Shown: positions 12,190 to 24,331 of the stretch, piece after piece | How the letters are laid out: each line of letters starts with the position of its first letter | Numbering within the stretch: the first letter of the stretch is position 1 | Origin: Asterionella formosa | Lineage: Eukaryota | Assembly (NCBI GenBank): GCA_002256025.1 | Contig: NKIB01005371.1 | Span: 1 to 64,000, forward strand | Length of the DNA: 64,000 bases | Direction: 5' to 3' | Program-made: the position numbers and the translations under genes | Notes under the pieces: model-generated | The model's database searches: none | Told to the model about the DNA's origin: nothing | Seen by the model: only the letters and a program-made list of their open reading frames with translations

Positions 12190-12523
12190 TGATAAAATGA
12201 ATGGAATCCAACGAGTCGAGGATCGATATTTTTGGGGATTAGAAACCAAGACATGCAATACTTATTGACAAATGAATTAAGATGCTTACTTATTGTCAAA
12301 TGATTATGCTTACTCATTGTCAAAGCAAGCAAGATCATATTGACGGGAGAAAGGAAAGTGTGAGATGTTTGTTCAAGATTACTTGATTAATCAGGCAAGA
12401 ACAAGACTAGATAGACTATTAACAGATACCTTACAATATTATAAAGTAGAAAGTGAAAATAGTTTTTCAGCTTAAGTGATCTTACAAGTGAGATAAGTGA
12501 TATTTCAACTAGACAATTTAGCA
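12190..12523 (+). mobile_element. Solo LTR of the same copia family as 43437-48785
   Basis: TGATAAA...CAACTAGACAATTTAGCA is the diverged reverse complement of the LTRs at 43437-43815 and 48399-48785. It is flanked by GTGTGT on both sides (12184-12189, 12524-12529). Confidence 0.9.
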
Positions 12524-12791
12524 GTGTGTTAGCTGCTATCAATACAGTCCAAATGGCAGGCAAGTTCAGAGTCCAGCATTCTGTGTGATGAAATCCAAGA
12601 GAAAAATTGTATAAGGTGGTAAGGTTCATTAACTATTGACATGCCACCTACAAAACAATAATGCACTCTCTAGATAACCATGATTATCTGGGGAATTCTA
12701 GCATCAATTAATATAGGGATTCAAAACATGTAAAAAATCACTACATAGAGGTAATGTACCAGCTATCTTGTACCATCAAACCTGCTTGATT

Positions 12792-15754
12792 TCAACTCAA
12801 AAAGTACTTAGAACCAGATTTTGTTTGAACAACTTCACCAGAAGAAATTTTGCCAAGAGAAATAACAGAGGTTGTTACTCTTTCATTTTCATCAAAAACA
12901 TTTGACCCAGTGATCAACCCAGTGATGGTACCGTCACGGTTCGTTGTCCACTTTTTAAGCGTGGGTACCCCTCGAGGGGCCCTGGCAGAAGCACTCTTCA
13001 TAGATGGTGCATCCTTCTTGGAAGCCAAGATAGGCTTGACTGCTATTTCCTGAGCTTTACGCTTTACCTCTCCTGTAGCCATCTTTGCTTCTTCAATGGC
13101 TTGCTTCTTGGCCAGAGCTAACTTTTCGGCCAGTCGCTTTGCCTCTGCTACCTGCTCTTGCTTCTTAGCAAGTGCTACAGCTTTTGCTTTATCAGCAGCC
13201 GCCTTTGCCTCTTGCTTCTTGGCAATTGCTACCTTCTCAGCCTGTCGCTTGGTCTCTACTGCCTGCTCTTGCTTCTTGGCAGCTGCTGCAGCCTTCGCTC
13301 TAACAGAAGCCGCCATTGCTTCCTCAACCGCTTGCTTCTTGGCAAGTGCTAACTTCTCAGTCTGTCGCTTGGCCTCTACTGCCTGCTCTTGCTTCTTAGC
13401 AGCTGCTGCAGCTTTCGCTTTATCAGCAGCCGCCTTTGCTTCCTCAACCGCTCGCTTCTTGGCAAGTGCTAACTTCTCAGCCTGTTGCTTCGCTTCCACT
13501 GACTTGTCTTGCTCCTTCGCAGCTGCTTTCTCAACGGCTTGCTTCTTGGTATCAGCCTGTCGCTTGGCCTCTACTGCCTTCTCTTGCTCCTTAGCAGCTG
13601 CCACAGCTTTCAACTTTTCAGCAGCAGCCTTTGCTTTGTCAACAGCTAGCTTCTTGGCAACAGCTAATTTCTCAGCCTTTCGCTTCGCCTCTCCTGCTTG
13701 CTCTTGCTTCTTCGCAAGCACTGTAGCCTGAACAATTTTGGCAGCCTCGACTTTTGCTTTATTTGCTACCACTCTCGCTTCCTCTACAGCTTGTTCCCTG
13801 GCAACTGCTGCAGCCTTAGCTTTTTCCGCAGCCTCCTGCTTTGCCACATCTGTTGCAGCCTTTGCTTCTAACAAGGATTGCTTTTTGGCAGCTGCTAGCC
13901 TTTCTTCTTCCTTCTTCGCAGTTACTGCCTGCTGTGCCTTCTTGGCAGCAACGGCAGATTTTGCTTGTTCATCAATTTCTTTCTTCAATTCAGTCTGTTG
14001 TCGCGTAATTTCTAAGTCTTTTTTTTGCGCGTCAACCTTTTTTCGAGGCACTAGTTGCTTTGTGGCAGCTTCGTCCTTTGCTTTTTGGAACCCTGCCTCA
14101 ATTTGCGCCGTCTTCACGACTGCTTCCTGAAGATTTTCTTGTGATGCAACTTCTATATCACCTCCATTCCCTCTTGTAAAGGTAAATAGTGAGAGTATCG
14201 GGGAACTCTCCTCAGTCGCAGGTTTCGGAGTTGATTGCTTTTTCGATGCATTAAGCGGAGGCAACTCAGGTTCGGGCTGACTTTCTGGTTTTAAAACCAA
14301 TGACTTGGGCAGAGAAATCGCGGCGGAGTTGACCTTGTAATCGTCAGCCCCTATCTTTGTCATGGGCTCCAGCAAACGCTTTCGAAGTCTCGAAAAAACA
14401 ATTGGAAGAGGGCGTGTGACAATGTCTAACTCAGCTGTACCGACTGCACATTTGGCTCCTTCCAAGCCACCAAGTCCACCAGAATTGCCTGTAGTTCCAC
14501 CTGGGTGAGATTCGATACCATTTATAAAATAATTTGTATCCTACTAGCATAGCACTTACCAACCGATGGATCCATCACTGCGCCTGCCGTCAATCTTGTG
14601 CAGAAGCCATCATCGTCGAAGGTGAAACTCATTGCCTGGGGCGAAATGTCGATTTTCACATCGTTGACCACACCAGTCACCCGAACATCTACCCACACGC
14701 GATAAGCATCGTATGGATCCACGCGAAAGTGAGTCAACTGCGGTTCCAATCCTCCAAAGAGAGATACTGCATATCTTTCCAAAAACGTTTTTTTGTCAAC
14801 AGGCCCAACATATGGTCCACAAAAGGTAAATTTAGGTCCTAACAAATCGGGGTCCCGCGATGCCATATTTGCCGCCACAATATCGTTGGCCAACTGAATC
14901 ATGACTTTCTCCGGAAATGGAGCCGAGGATCCAGCATCTGATAACTGCCGAACAGGCCTTCCAATGAATCGGTTCCAAACCGTTGTCACTGGGTATACTT
15001 CCCACTCGCTGGGTGGTGCTCCTGCCACGGTGGCAGCCGCCATCATACCACAAAGACCTCCTGTATTTCCCACTAATCGATCCATGGTAAAGCCAGAGCA
15101 CAACTTTGTAACTTTTCCGTCTTTGGAAAATGTAATGCTAATGGCCTCCGGAGGACACAAAAGTGCCTTGCCATTAATGGGAGCCAATACTCCACTTCTC
15201 AGGCGCAATTGACCCTGCATTGTCCCGATGGTCCGGGCGGTCAACCGTACCGTCATGTTGTCTTCTGAATCGATTCGAAAATCGTGAGCGCGATAGTCCA
15301 AGTCGGGAAAGGCAGATCTAAAGAGAAAAATTGTTAGTATTTGTTTTGAGCAGATCCTCACATTCAGCAAATATCATCCTTACCTAAGATCAAAGAATTT
15401 TCCAGCTGCCAGGTAATCTGTTTTTCCTAGCACGTCACTGCCAAGCTGAGGACCAATCCACATGAAATTCTCAGCCAAAAGGGACTCGTCTTGCACTCCT
15501 AAATCAGTAGCCACAACAGCCTTTGCCTGAGCAATCAAGCCATCTGGAGAAGAATCAAACCTATTTTTAACCGCCGCAGTCTGCGCTTGATCTGATTCTG
15601 AACTACTTGCAAATGGATTCGGGAGCGTGAAGAAAGGCTTCTCCACCATCATGGCCACGGAGGATGATCGCTGTAGAGGAACCGAGAATGCATTGGCGGC
15701 TGCAACGACAATGGCGACAAAAAGGGAACCACTCAACATCCTTCTGAGAATCAT
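12792..15754 (-). CDS. Plastid-targeted protein: two tandem NTF2/SnoaL-like domains, long Ala/Lys/Glu/Gln coiled-coil repeats and a small C-terminal beta domain; exons 15754-15384, 15317-14560, 14488-12792
   Basis: Signal peptide followed by ANA-FSVP. GT-AG introns 15383-15318 and 14559-14489 join three ORF-track ORFs in frame. Duplicated motif ...S(I/F)TF..DG..T.L..G..MD..VGN(T/S)GGL.G. The domain names are inference. Confidence 0.85.
13090..13930 (-). repeat. Coding tandem repeat with a unit of about 120 bp (40 aa) inside the 12792-15754 gene
   Basis: 13261-13380 and 13381-13500 are near-identical. The unit reads QAVEAKRQ.EKLALAKKQAVEEA.AA...AKAAAAAKKQE. Confidence 0.9.
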
Positions 15755-15945
15755 GGTAGCTCACACTCCTTGAAATATAGTTGAACAAGAAGCAAGAAAA
15801 GATGTGAAGTGTTACAGGAAGGCTTTATGGAAGAAACAACGGTGTTGATGGCGACGGAAGAAAATAGATGTGCAAAATATGATGACTATTACTGTATGAA
15901 TATTAGTTATACAGAGCTATTTACACGGTTTTTATTGTGTATATT

Positions 15946-16240
15946 TACCGGTACATCATTTAATAAATTAGCAACCACATCATACGTCGTACATATTTGA
16001 TATATACAGCCCCGTGGAGCAATAAAACCAGGAGTTCCGGGTACCCGGTGCAGTGTTCGCTTTTGACGAGGAGGACAAATTATTTAGGTATTGCTATACA
16101 CGGATACACCAGATGGAGTACCGGTACCAGGGACCAGGCACCTTGTACGACTAGTTGAAACCACATACCCGTCGGTACCGTACGTATAGTACGCGCCAAA
16201 AGATCCATCTCCGTTGAAGTACCTGGTTACCAGGTACCGA
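15946..16240. promoter_or_regulatory. GGTACC/TACCGGTA motif cluster in the divergent promoter region
   Basis: CCGGGTACCCGG, GTACCGGTACCAGG, CGGTACCG, GTACCTGGTTACCAGGTAC. Confidence 0.5.
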
Positions 16241-16591
16241 TATACGTGCGATAAACTGTTGCGTCATCATCACTTCTTATTTTCACCCACGACACCCTCG
16301 TCATCATCACAACGCGTCATCAGCCAGTCGTCATCCATCAGTTTCAACAGATCGTATGTCCGTGTGGACTACTGTGAGTCGAGTTGGTGACCCACAAATG
16401 AAACTCGCAGTCTGACTCCAGCAAAAATAGAAAGAAAGGAATAAGAACCCGCCGGGACACCAAATCTATGTGAGACATGCGCGCTGGATTCTGAGCAAAA
16501 AGAACAAATAGCAGCATACCGGTACCAATGACTCTCCACCTAGCAAGCAACGCACTTAGTGATAGATCTCTACCTTTTGTCAGCTACCATC

Positions 16592-18067
16592 ATGCAGCGC
16601 CTCGCGAAGCGCAGCAATCCATCAGCTTCGCCCTCTTCAAAGGTGGAGGCAGATCTAGGTCATGCCGTCCAACTGGATGACTTGAAACGCAATCGACAAA
16701 CTACCCGATCTGCCAGAATCTTTGGGAAGACATATCTCGTGACCGTATCAGAATCCACGAGAAGGATGATTTGGCTTGGGACTCTCGTGATACTGTTTTT
16801 TATGGAACGCCGACGAACGAGAATACGAAATTCGTTGAATTTAGAAGGAACGACTGTCATCACTGGAATACTGATTGAAACGACAGAAGACGGAAACCAG
16901 GCATCTCGAATGCTCAACAAATTCAGCAATGTCACTGTAGGTCAAATACCATTTCAAGAGACGGAAGCATGCCACAACTTGATTACGACGAACAAAGAAT
17001 GCATTCTATATTATCCTTTTGCTGATTTACGAGAATTTCGAAATAGTCATCCACACGAACGTTTGAAGCAAGTCTTGACGTTACCTGACAACGACTCCAG
17101 CGCCGTTCTCACTCAGCGAGGGATTGGTGTCAATCATGAAGATGGAAATCAAGACCGGGCCATTATTATTTCTCCCTTTTATCCATTTTCCGATCCTGGA
17201 ATATCTAGTGACTTTTTAATGGCTCTCTTTGACGGGCATGGCCTGTACGGGCACCACATTTCTCAAGCCGCCATGACGGAATTGCCAGCTACCCTTGCCA
17301 CAGAGTTGAGAAAGGCAAAGAAAGCCAGGAATGGGGCAGTCCATGAACTCATGACGGAAGTACTCATTCATACCTTTCGAAACGTGGACAAGGATGTACC
17401 CGATGTAGATTTGAGTGGGACTACAGCAGCTGTCACTCTCAAATTGGGAGAATATTTACATATTGCCAGCGTGGGAGATTCAAGGACTTTTGTGGTCTTG
17501 TACAATAAAGAGAAAGATACAACGAAGTTCTTTTATAGCACTACACCAGACACCCCTGAAGTACCTACGGAACGAGATAGAATTCTTGGAATGGGTGGTT
17601 CAATCTACTTGCCACCCCCTGGTCCCCGAGGGATACGTTTGCCTCCCCGAGTGTACGTGACCCTCGTCTACCAAGAAACCAACGAATCGGAATCGTTTGC
17701 CTTGGAAAATAGCCGTTCAATTGGAGATCGAGGTGTCAAGGACAGGGGCGTGGTATGTGAACCAAAAGTGGCTTCGCTGCATCTACCTTCCCTTTGGAAT
17801 AATCATCCCGGTGAAGAAGTCTTTGTTTTCTCCGCAACTGATGGTCTCCTGGACAAAATGGCGGTTCAGATTGTAGCGGACCGTATAGCTGGTGCGCTGT
17901 ATCGACAAGATACAGTGTCACCGTTAGAAACAATTGAAGGGATTATTCTAGATGCCAACCAAATATGGGAGCATTCGAGGACAGTAAGCGATAAGAACGA
18001 GCTGGTTAATTATCGAGACGACATTACTCTGACGGTGGTCAAAGTCCAAGATGAAAAAGACCGGTAG
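16592..18067 (+). CDS. PP2C-family (PPM) phosphatase with an N-terminal transmembrane segment
   Basis: Motifs NQDR, LFDGHG, SGTTA, VGDSR, SRSIGD, ATDGLLD, DDIT. Hydrophobic MIWLGTLVILFFM near the N-terminus. First ATG is at 16592. Confidence 0.9.
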   Translation: MQRLAKRSNPSASPSSKVEADLGHAVQLDDLKRNRQTTRSARIFGKTYLVTVSESTRRMIWLGTLVILFFMERRRTRIRNSLNLEGTTVITGILIETTEDGNQASRMLNKFSNVTVGQIPFQETEACHNLITTNKECILYYPFADLREFRNSHPHERLKQVLTLPDNDSSAVLTQRGIGVNHEDGNQDRAIIISPFYPFSDPGISSDFLMALFDGHGLYGHHISQAAMTELPATLATELRKAKKARNGAVHELMTEVLIHTFRNVDKDVPDVDLSGTTAAVTLKLGEYLHIASVGDSRTFVVLYNKEKDTTKFFYSTTPDTPEVPTERDRILGMGGSIYLPPPGPRGIRLPPRVYVTLVYQETNESESFALENSRSIGDRGVKDRGVVCEPKVASLHLPSLWNNHPGEEVFVFSATDGLLDKMAVQIVADRIAGALYRQDTVSPLETIEGIILDANQIWEHSRTVSDKNELVNYRDDITLTVVKVQDEKDR

Positions 18068-18359
18068 ACACCATATAGTGCCCGTCTTGTCAAAGGGCGG
18101 AAATGGACAGTCGTCGCAGCATTATACTATTATAGATGTAACATTATTCCTGAGACCGGAACCAAGATTTATCTCAGCTGGCTACCCGGAACTACCTGTG
18201 TTGTTTTTAAAAAGCAGTCATGTTGCGCTGGGTATGATCATTTCTGTCAAAAGAATGAACTCAAAGATCTCTGTCATATTTCCCTACTTTTCCTGTTCCG
18301 GTAGGTCAATCATCCAGGCTAGGGAAAAGGCTTTAGCTTGCTGCCAACATCATGTTAGA

Positions 18360-18965
18360 CTACCAGGTACCGGTAGCTATGTATGGCTATACCGTAAGAA
18401 CCAGGTACCGGTACCTGGTGGACCACGATCTACGTACCAGACACGCACCGGTTTCGTAATCAGGAGTACAGTACGAGGTAGTCTAAAAGTGCCAGGTACC
18501 AGGGGTAGTACCAGGTACCTGGTAGCTCCAATATCACGTCTTTACATGAGTATGAACATACCGGTATGTAAATTTGCTTGGGGCTGAGCTGGCAGGTAGT
18601 GAAAACACCCCTATGTGTTAACTCAGACTACCCGGTAGTACTACTATGTACCCCTTGGTACCTGGTACTTTCACCAAATACCTATACCGGTAGGTAAGTA
18701 TTGGCGTCTGTCCTCACCACGTTTTTGGGATCTCTTCCGAGAAAAAGGAGCAACAAGATCATTATAAGCATCATCATCCTATGAACGAGCAATATATATG
18801 TCGCCAAGTACACCTGCCTTCCAGTATTCACCATCGCTACGCTGAGATCCAGTTCTCCTACGGTACGGTAGCTAGGGCGACCATCACACAGAGTCACGTA
18901 ATGGGTACCAGGTACCAGGTACCTGGTAAACACTTCTCATACGAATAATGTACCGGTAGCGGTAT
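18360..18965. promoter_or_regulatory. Dense TACCWGGTA motif cluster upstream of the MORN gene
   Basis: Perfect palindromes ACCAGGTACCGGTACCTGGT (18400-18419) and TACCAGGTACCTGGTA (18509-18524). Tandem GGTACCAGGTACCAGGTACCTGGTA near 18904-18928. Confidence 0.55.
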
Positions 18966-19117
18966 GCTGGTAAATCTGAGGGATAACATGATTTACTAAA
19001 CACAATGACAAGACCGACAGTTCAGCAGAGTCGACTAATTTTAGATATGTGCCCCTGAGACAACCTCAACCATCACAACATTAGGCAGCAGGCAAACGAA
19101 AATCTGCATCACACATT

Positions 19118-21583
19118 ATGATCGCCTTGCGAGGCCATCTAAAGCAACAAGATGACAAGAAATGGAAATGGCAAGGCGTGTGGGCCTTTGGTGCCTTGAC
19201 CGACACGTTACCGAAAAGCGTCAAGAATCCTGCAAATCGACCATTTAACTATACGTGGATTGAACCCGAGTCGGCTGGAAACGTCCTGGTGCCGAGTCTG
19301 TACACATTTGGACTGGACGATGAAGAAGAAGATGAGGATATCGCTGCGGTGCGTTCAACAGCGGCAAGCAACGTTGATACAATTCAGGCCGGTACCGCAG
19401 AGGCGTCAGCAATCAAGGCGAGTGGTCCTAGTTTAGGAACGGCGGACGAGAACAAATTGCCAGATAATAAGAATGATACAGACTCACCACCAGATGTTAA
19501 TACCCAATCTCCTCCGGCATCAAAAACAAGGGAGCAGCAAGATACTTCAGGGCCTCAACCGATGCAGATTGATGTGATCGAGCAGGCTCCGATTTCAACT
19601 ACTGTGGTAAAAGAGAATGAGAAGCCGATTGAAGAGAAACTGGATGATGCAGCGAAAAATTCCAAAGCAATGGAAACAGCCATTATTCAAACCCCAGAAA
19701 CGCTTGCGACCGCATCGTCCGACAAAGGAGAAAACTACCGCATGTCTGCACTAAAATCAAAGGCCGTCACTTTCGCCACCACGTTTGATAATGAACCACA
19801 GTATACCGAAGGACACACATTACACCCAGATAAAATACCACCGGATGGAAACTGGACCGGTTACTTTGAAAATGCTTCCAAACGCAAGGATCGTCACTCA
19901 TCGCGAGTTAGCGAGCATTTTGCTATTTTCTTCAATACCGCCCCGGCCAAGGATGCGAGAATGTTGTTTCTAGATGATGAAGATTTAGAGAAAGAGGAGG
20001 AAAATGAAGGAAGTGTCGCTAATATGAATAATTTACCAAACACCGAAGCAACAACTGACGGAAATTCCCTAGAAAAGAAGGACGAAGTTATCACGACAGG
20101 TACCGATGCCATACCAACACTCGAGACGACACCGAAAGAAGCAAGCAGACCGGGATTGTTACCACCAGGCTTTGTACATGTTCGTGGCATGGGCACCAAT
20201 CAGTTTGGCACTTTTGAATTGCTGGGTGGTTTGGATCTCTCTACTGGCTTGTTGGAATGTCAACGAATGTATGTTGTCACTCCTGACAATACGAAAGCAA
20301 CAACATCCCGCAAGAAGACCACATCTACGCGTCATCGTATCCCGAACGGAACATCAAGACCCTATTCGACACGCAAGCGTCAATTAACCTGGCAACGTCG
20401 TTCTACCATGAGTGACGATGAAGCGGAAATGATTGGGATGAAGCGATTCAGTACCTCCAAAAAGCGACCTCGGTCCGTCTCGGACGTTGCCAAGTCGCCC
20501 GCTCCCGCGGCCTCACCACGTCCCCCAGCGCTCTTAATTCCTGTCAATCCGGGAACTGTAAAACGGCCCTCGCCTACGGCGTCGTCTATAATTGCTGCTG
20601 GACCGAAGAAACGAACGTCAGCGCCAATCATGAAGGCCGGCACACCGCCGGGAGGGACGAAGTTGCCTTTGGTCGGCGATCCGAATCAAGCCCGTTGGAG
20701 AGCAGCCCACTTTCTATACTACCAACGTCATGACCCAGCATCGGATGATAACAGTGCAGCAAACAGTGCGGCTTTTAGTTTCGTCATTTATGAAGGAGAG
20801 ATGCTCAATGGAGCATGTCAACGAGATGGACGAGGCGTATGTTTGTTCAATAATGGAACGTTGTACGAAGGCGAATGGAAACGTAACAAGGAGCATGGGA
20901 AGGGAACTCTAATGACCGCGGATCGCCGTCGTATTATGTATGAGGGCGAATGGGAGCGTGGTCGGATGCATGGTCAGGGTACATATTTTTATTCCGGTGA
21001 CGCGTCAGTGCAAGCACGTCGGAACAGGCAAGTTGACAGTCGCTACATTGGCGAGTTCAAGGAAAATGCTCGTCATGGAGTTGGCAAGTACTATTTGCCC
21101 GATGGATCCACCTATGAAGGTGAATGGCGCGACAATGAAATGTCGGGCCAGGGCACCTTTCGGTGGCCCGATGAATCTTTTTATGTTGGTCAGTGGAAGG
21201 ATGGCAAGCGTCATGGGACAGGAATGCTTTCCTCATCGGATGGTTTCACTTATGATGGAATGTGGGTCCAAAATGCCATGGAGGGACGTGGTATCGCGAC
21301 TTATCCAAGCGGACAGCGGTATGAAGGGCTCTGGGCTAATGGTCGTCGCGAAGGTCGTGGAACAATTGTGTTTACAAACGGCGCCATTTATGAAGGCCGC
21401 TTCCGTGATGATTGTATGGAGGGGCAAGGAACGATGAAAATGTCCCAAAATGTTTTTGTGCCCACCAGAGCCACGTCCGATGATGACGCTGCTACGAAAG
21501 ACGATTGGATGATTCCAATTTCATTTCAGAGTGACATAGGGCACATCCACCAAAAAGCAGGGTTTACGGTTGGAGGTGAATAG
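19118..21583 (+). CDS. MORN-repeat protein with a long low-complexity N-terminal region
   Basis: About nine YEGEW/YxGxF..G.G repeats in the C-terminal third. Basic clusters (RKR, KKRPR) lie upstream. Confidence 0.9.
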   Translation: MIALRGHLKQQDDKKWKWQGVWAFGALTDTLPKSVKNPANRPFNYTWIEPESAGNVLVPSLYTFGLDDEEEDEDIAAVRSTAASNVDTIQAGTAEASAIKASGPSLGTADENKLPDNKNDTDSPPDVNTQSPPASKTREQQDTSGPQPMQIDVIEQAPISTTVVKENEKPIEEKLDDAAKNSKAMETAIIQTPETLATASSDKGENYRMSALKSKAVTFATTFDNEPQYTEGHTLHPDKIPPDGNWTGYFENASKRKDRHSSRVSEHFAIFFNTAPAKDARMLFLDDEDLEKEEENEGSVANMNNLPNTEATTDGNSLEKKDEVITTGTDAIPTLETTPKEASRPGLLPPGFVHVRGMGTNQFGTFELLGGLDLSTGLLECQRMYVVTPDNTKATTSRKKTTSTRHRIPNGTSRPYSTRKRQLTWQRRSTMSDDEAEMIGMKRFSTSKKRPRSVSDVAKSPAPAASPRPPALLIPVNPGTVKRPSPTASSIIAAGPKKRTSAPIMKAGTPPGGTKLPLVGDPNQARWRAAHFLYYQRHDPASDDNSAANSAAFSFVIYEGEMLNGACQRDGRGVCLFNNGTLYEGEWKRNKEHGKGTLMTADRRRIMYEGEWERGRMHGQGTYFYSGDASVQARRNRQVDSRYIGEFKENARHGVGKYYLPDGSTYEGEWRDNEMSGQGTFRWPDESFYVGQWKDGKRHGTGMLSSSDGFTYDGMWVQNAMEGRGIATYPSGQRYEGLWANGRREGRGTIVFTNGAIYEGRFRDDCMEGQGTMKMSQNVFVPTRATSDDDAATKDDWMIPISFQSDIGHIHQKAGFTVGGE

Positions 21584-23625
21584 CAGAACTCTGCACTTCT
21601 AGAAAAGGTAGCACATGACTAATCAAAACAGCTTATTAATGGAACCTGTTGTGAGCTCTAGCATTATGGCTGTTCAAAATTACATTGAAACTGCCTTGCG
21701 TCATTCACTCTCAACAAATGCATGATTTGGTTCCTATGTAAACCCTTTTCCGAATGATAGATTGCCTATGGACCAAAGCAGACTGACTACCTAAGTACCT
21801 GATACCTGGTACCCTAGTGTGAATGATCCATCATTCGTGGGCAGGAGCACTTGTGTGATGAAACAATTCGGTCTGGAAAAACAGATTTGGCTGGGTCCAC
21901 CAGGATTGTATCATATAATGTGGTATATCAGTACCAGCAAGTTGTGGTAAATTTACCAAAATGACAATTTGGACATGGTGGATATTCACACCTGCTGGCT
22001 GCTGTTCCAGTACTTAAATGAATACATTGGCTAGCTTGGACAACATTTTTTTCATTTGTGGCATGATCATTTTGAATACTATTATGCTGGAATTCAACTT
22101 GGCAGGAACTATTTTGGGGTCAAACTCATTCCCCCAATCTCAAACCCCCAAATCCAAAAATTTGACTTTTTTACTGGAGAGCTAGATTCTGTCAGGGTCA
22201 GAAGAGCACACAGAGTGATCAGCCATAGAACATGTTTACCAACTGCCAAGTGTACTTATGCATAAGTAGCCTATCATTATGCAATGACTAAAAACGATGG
22301 TAATATATATATATATACTGAAATATAGATGTAGAATATATGTAGTCTCTACATTCCTGAGTACATTTTTACTAGTACCCCATGATACTGAACTGATACA
22401 ACATATAATTGTTCATCATGTGTGTATGTTTTTGGAACATGACATTTGCCAGTACTGGTTGTATTTGTGGCAACATCATAATAATGATGAAAAGTCTATT
22501 GTAAACAGATAAATCATGAATTATAAATCAATTGTTGTTTCCAGCTACTGATTTTGAAGTTTATGTCTACTTCATGGTCATGTACAATGGATATGTACAA
22601 ACAATTCAGGTTTGATCTGGAAAGAAATCATGGAGACATTGTGGTTGTGGTTGACCGCCATTTTACATCCACCTATTCTATATTTGAGCTAATTTGAAAC
22701 AAATATCAAAGCTATCTGAGCACTGCTTCACTACTTGCTAGCGATATTTGAATTTCTATCTAAGAAACAGATAACAGCGTTAAGCATTGTTTGGTACAAA
22801 ACTAAAAGTTAAAAATCATTAATTTTTCATGATCAATTCATGATTATATAAAATACATATGCATATAGAAAAAGCCTTTTACCGGTATGTGTGTTCAAAA
22901 TTTCCACAGCCATTGCACATCTGTACATTCATACATGTAGTATGAAATGCATTTAAACAAGGAGATTTCAGGAATTAGGTTTCTTGACATTCAGAATTGA
23001 GATTAGGGTGAACCCCCCCCCATTACAGCAAGGGTTGTGCACTTTTTTTTTTTCAGAAAATCATTCTTTATTATTACATTTTGATAAATTTGAAATCAAT
23101 AGGCGAGTGTGAAACTGTAAGAAATTTCTTAATGTCGAATTCATATTACCATAGGAGTCGAATTTGAGTGCCTGCCTTCACCAAATTTTTAGTTTCACCA
23201 AATGATCACAACTTACAGATAATACCAGGAAGGACCGGTCACGCATGTTTTAGGCGCACCTTTTCAGTGACAATTCACTCCCAATGATTTGTTCCATGCC
23301 TGCCGCTCAGACGAGATATGCCAGCTTTTGTTGAAGCTAATATTCCCCAAGTAATTTAAGATACATTACTCTTATTGACCGATGACAATTCTCAGAATCA
23401 CCTTCTGAACACGACTCGGATTCGCTGCCTAATCAACCGGTTCAAAAGAGTGAACTGCATTTTCTCAGCTAAATAATTATATACCAGAGCCTACAAGGCA
23501 AAGAAAAGTATAGCTCATCACTTTGTCTACGTCTAGAAAATTATTTGGTATATGATGCCACCTAATGAAAAATCTACAGGGGTTCCATTAACCTGCTGGT
23601 GGTGGTGTGTGTGTGTGTGGGGGGG

Positions 23626-23714
23626 NNNNNNNNNNNNNNNNNNNNNNNNNNNNNNNNNNNNNNNNNNNNNNNNNNNNNNNNNNNNNNNNNNNNNNNNNNN
23701 NNNNNNNNNNNNNN
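23626..23714. other. Assembly gap (N run) flanked by poly-G
   Basis: 89 N characters between G runs, preceded by a (GT)n tract. Confidence 1.
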
Positions 23715-24331
23715 GGGGGGGGTTGAGGACAATGAATTTTATGTTCTATTTCAAAATCACTTTATATATCTGTCAATTTATGTGTTTTTGTATATTTATT
23801 GACATTGTATACGACATTCTATGTAGGAAGATGTGCTGGCAAATGTTATGTCCATCACAACCTGTCGCTACATTTGCAACCCAGAAATAGCCATGACAAA
23901 AGGAATAATTGTCTGAGATCATCTTCAGTTGTTCTTGAAGTCATCATTATGTATTTGTTTAATCTGGTTAATCATTATCCACATTGAATAGTAGCTATGT
24001 TCATGAGCGTACTAGAGAAAGCAATTGAAAAAAATGCACCCACATACCACCCAACAATTGAGGGAACATTGAACAGTGTTACAAACTGAAACAAAGACCA
24101 CCACTGAGATCAATAGTCTTGTTAAAATTAATAGCACTCCTTCCTTCCCAGCACGATGCAGTGCTGCCCTGGAATGACCAGTCAAGATCCTTCGTCCACT
24201 CCCGCTCGTTTTCATAATAGCCATTCTGCTATAAAGTATAAATACTTCCCTCTATTTCCATGCAGACATTCCTCAGATTCATCCAGTCGTACACCTGTCG
24301 ACATCAATAGCCAAACAGTCAAATTCTGACA

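Noticed and set aside
13096..14130. Plus-strand Ala/Ser/Phe/Cys-rich ORFs
   Set aside because: Antisense shadows of the coding tandem repeat on the minus strand.
18051..18933. ORFs 18051-18587, 18682-18933 (and 24380-24622, 35899-36150, 1040-1286) with recurring YLVPG/YQVPG peptides
   Set aside because: The shared peptides are translations of the TACCTGGTACCAGG DNA motif, not a protein family.
18360..18965. GGTACC-rich clusters as a CRISPR array
   Set aside because: Repeats are 7-20 bp, irregularly spaced and variable, there are no cas genes, and the context is eukaryotic.
23552..23890. ORFs spanning the N gap
   Set aside because: Artefacts of the assembly gap and the GT/G runs.
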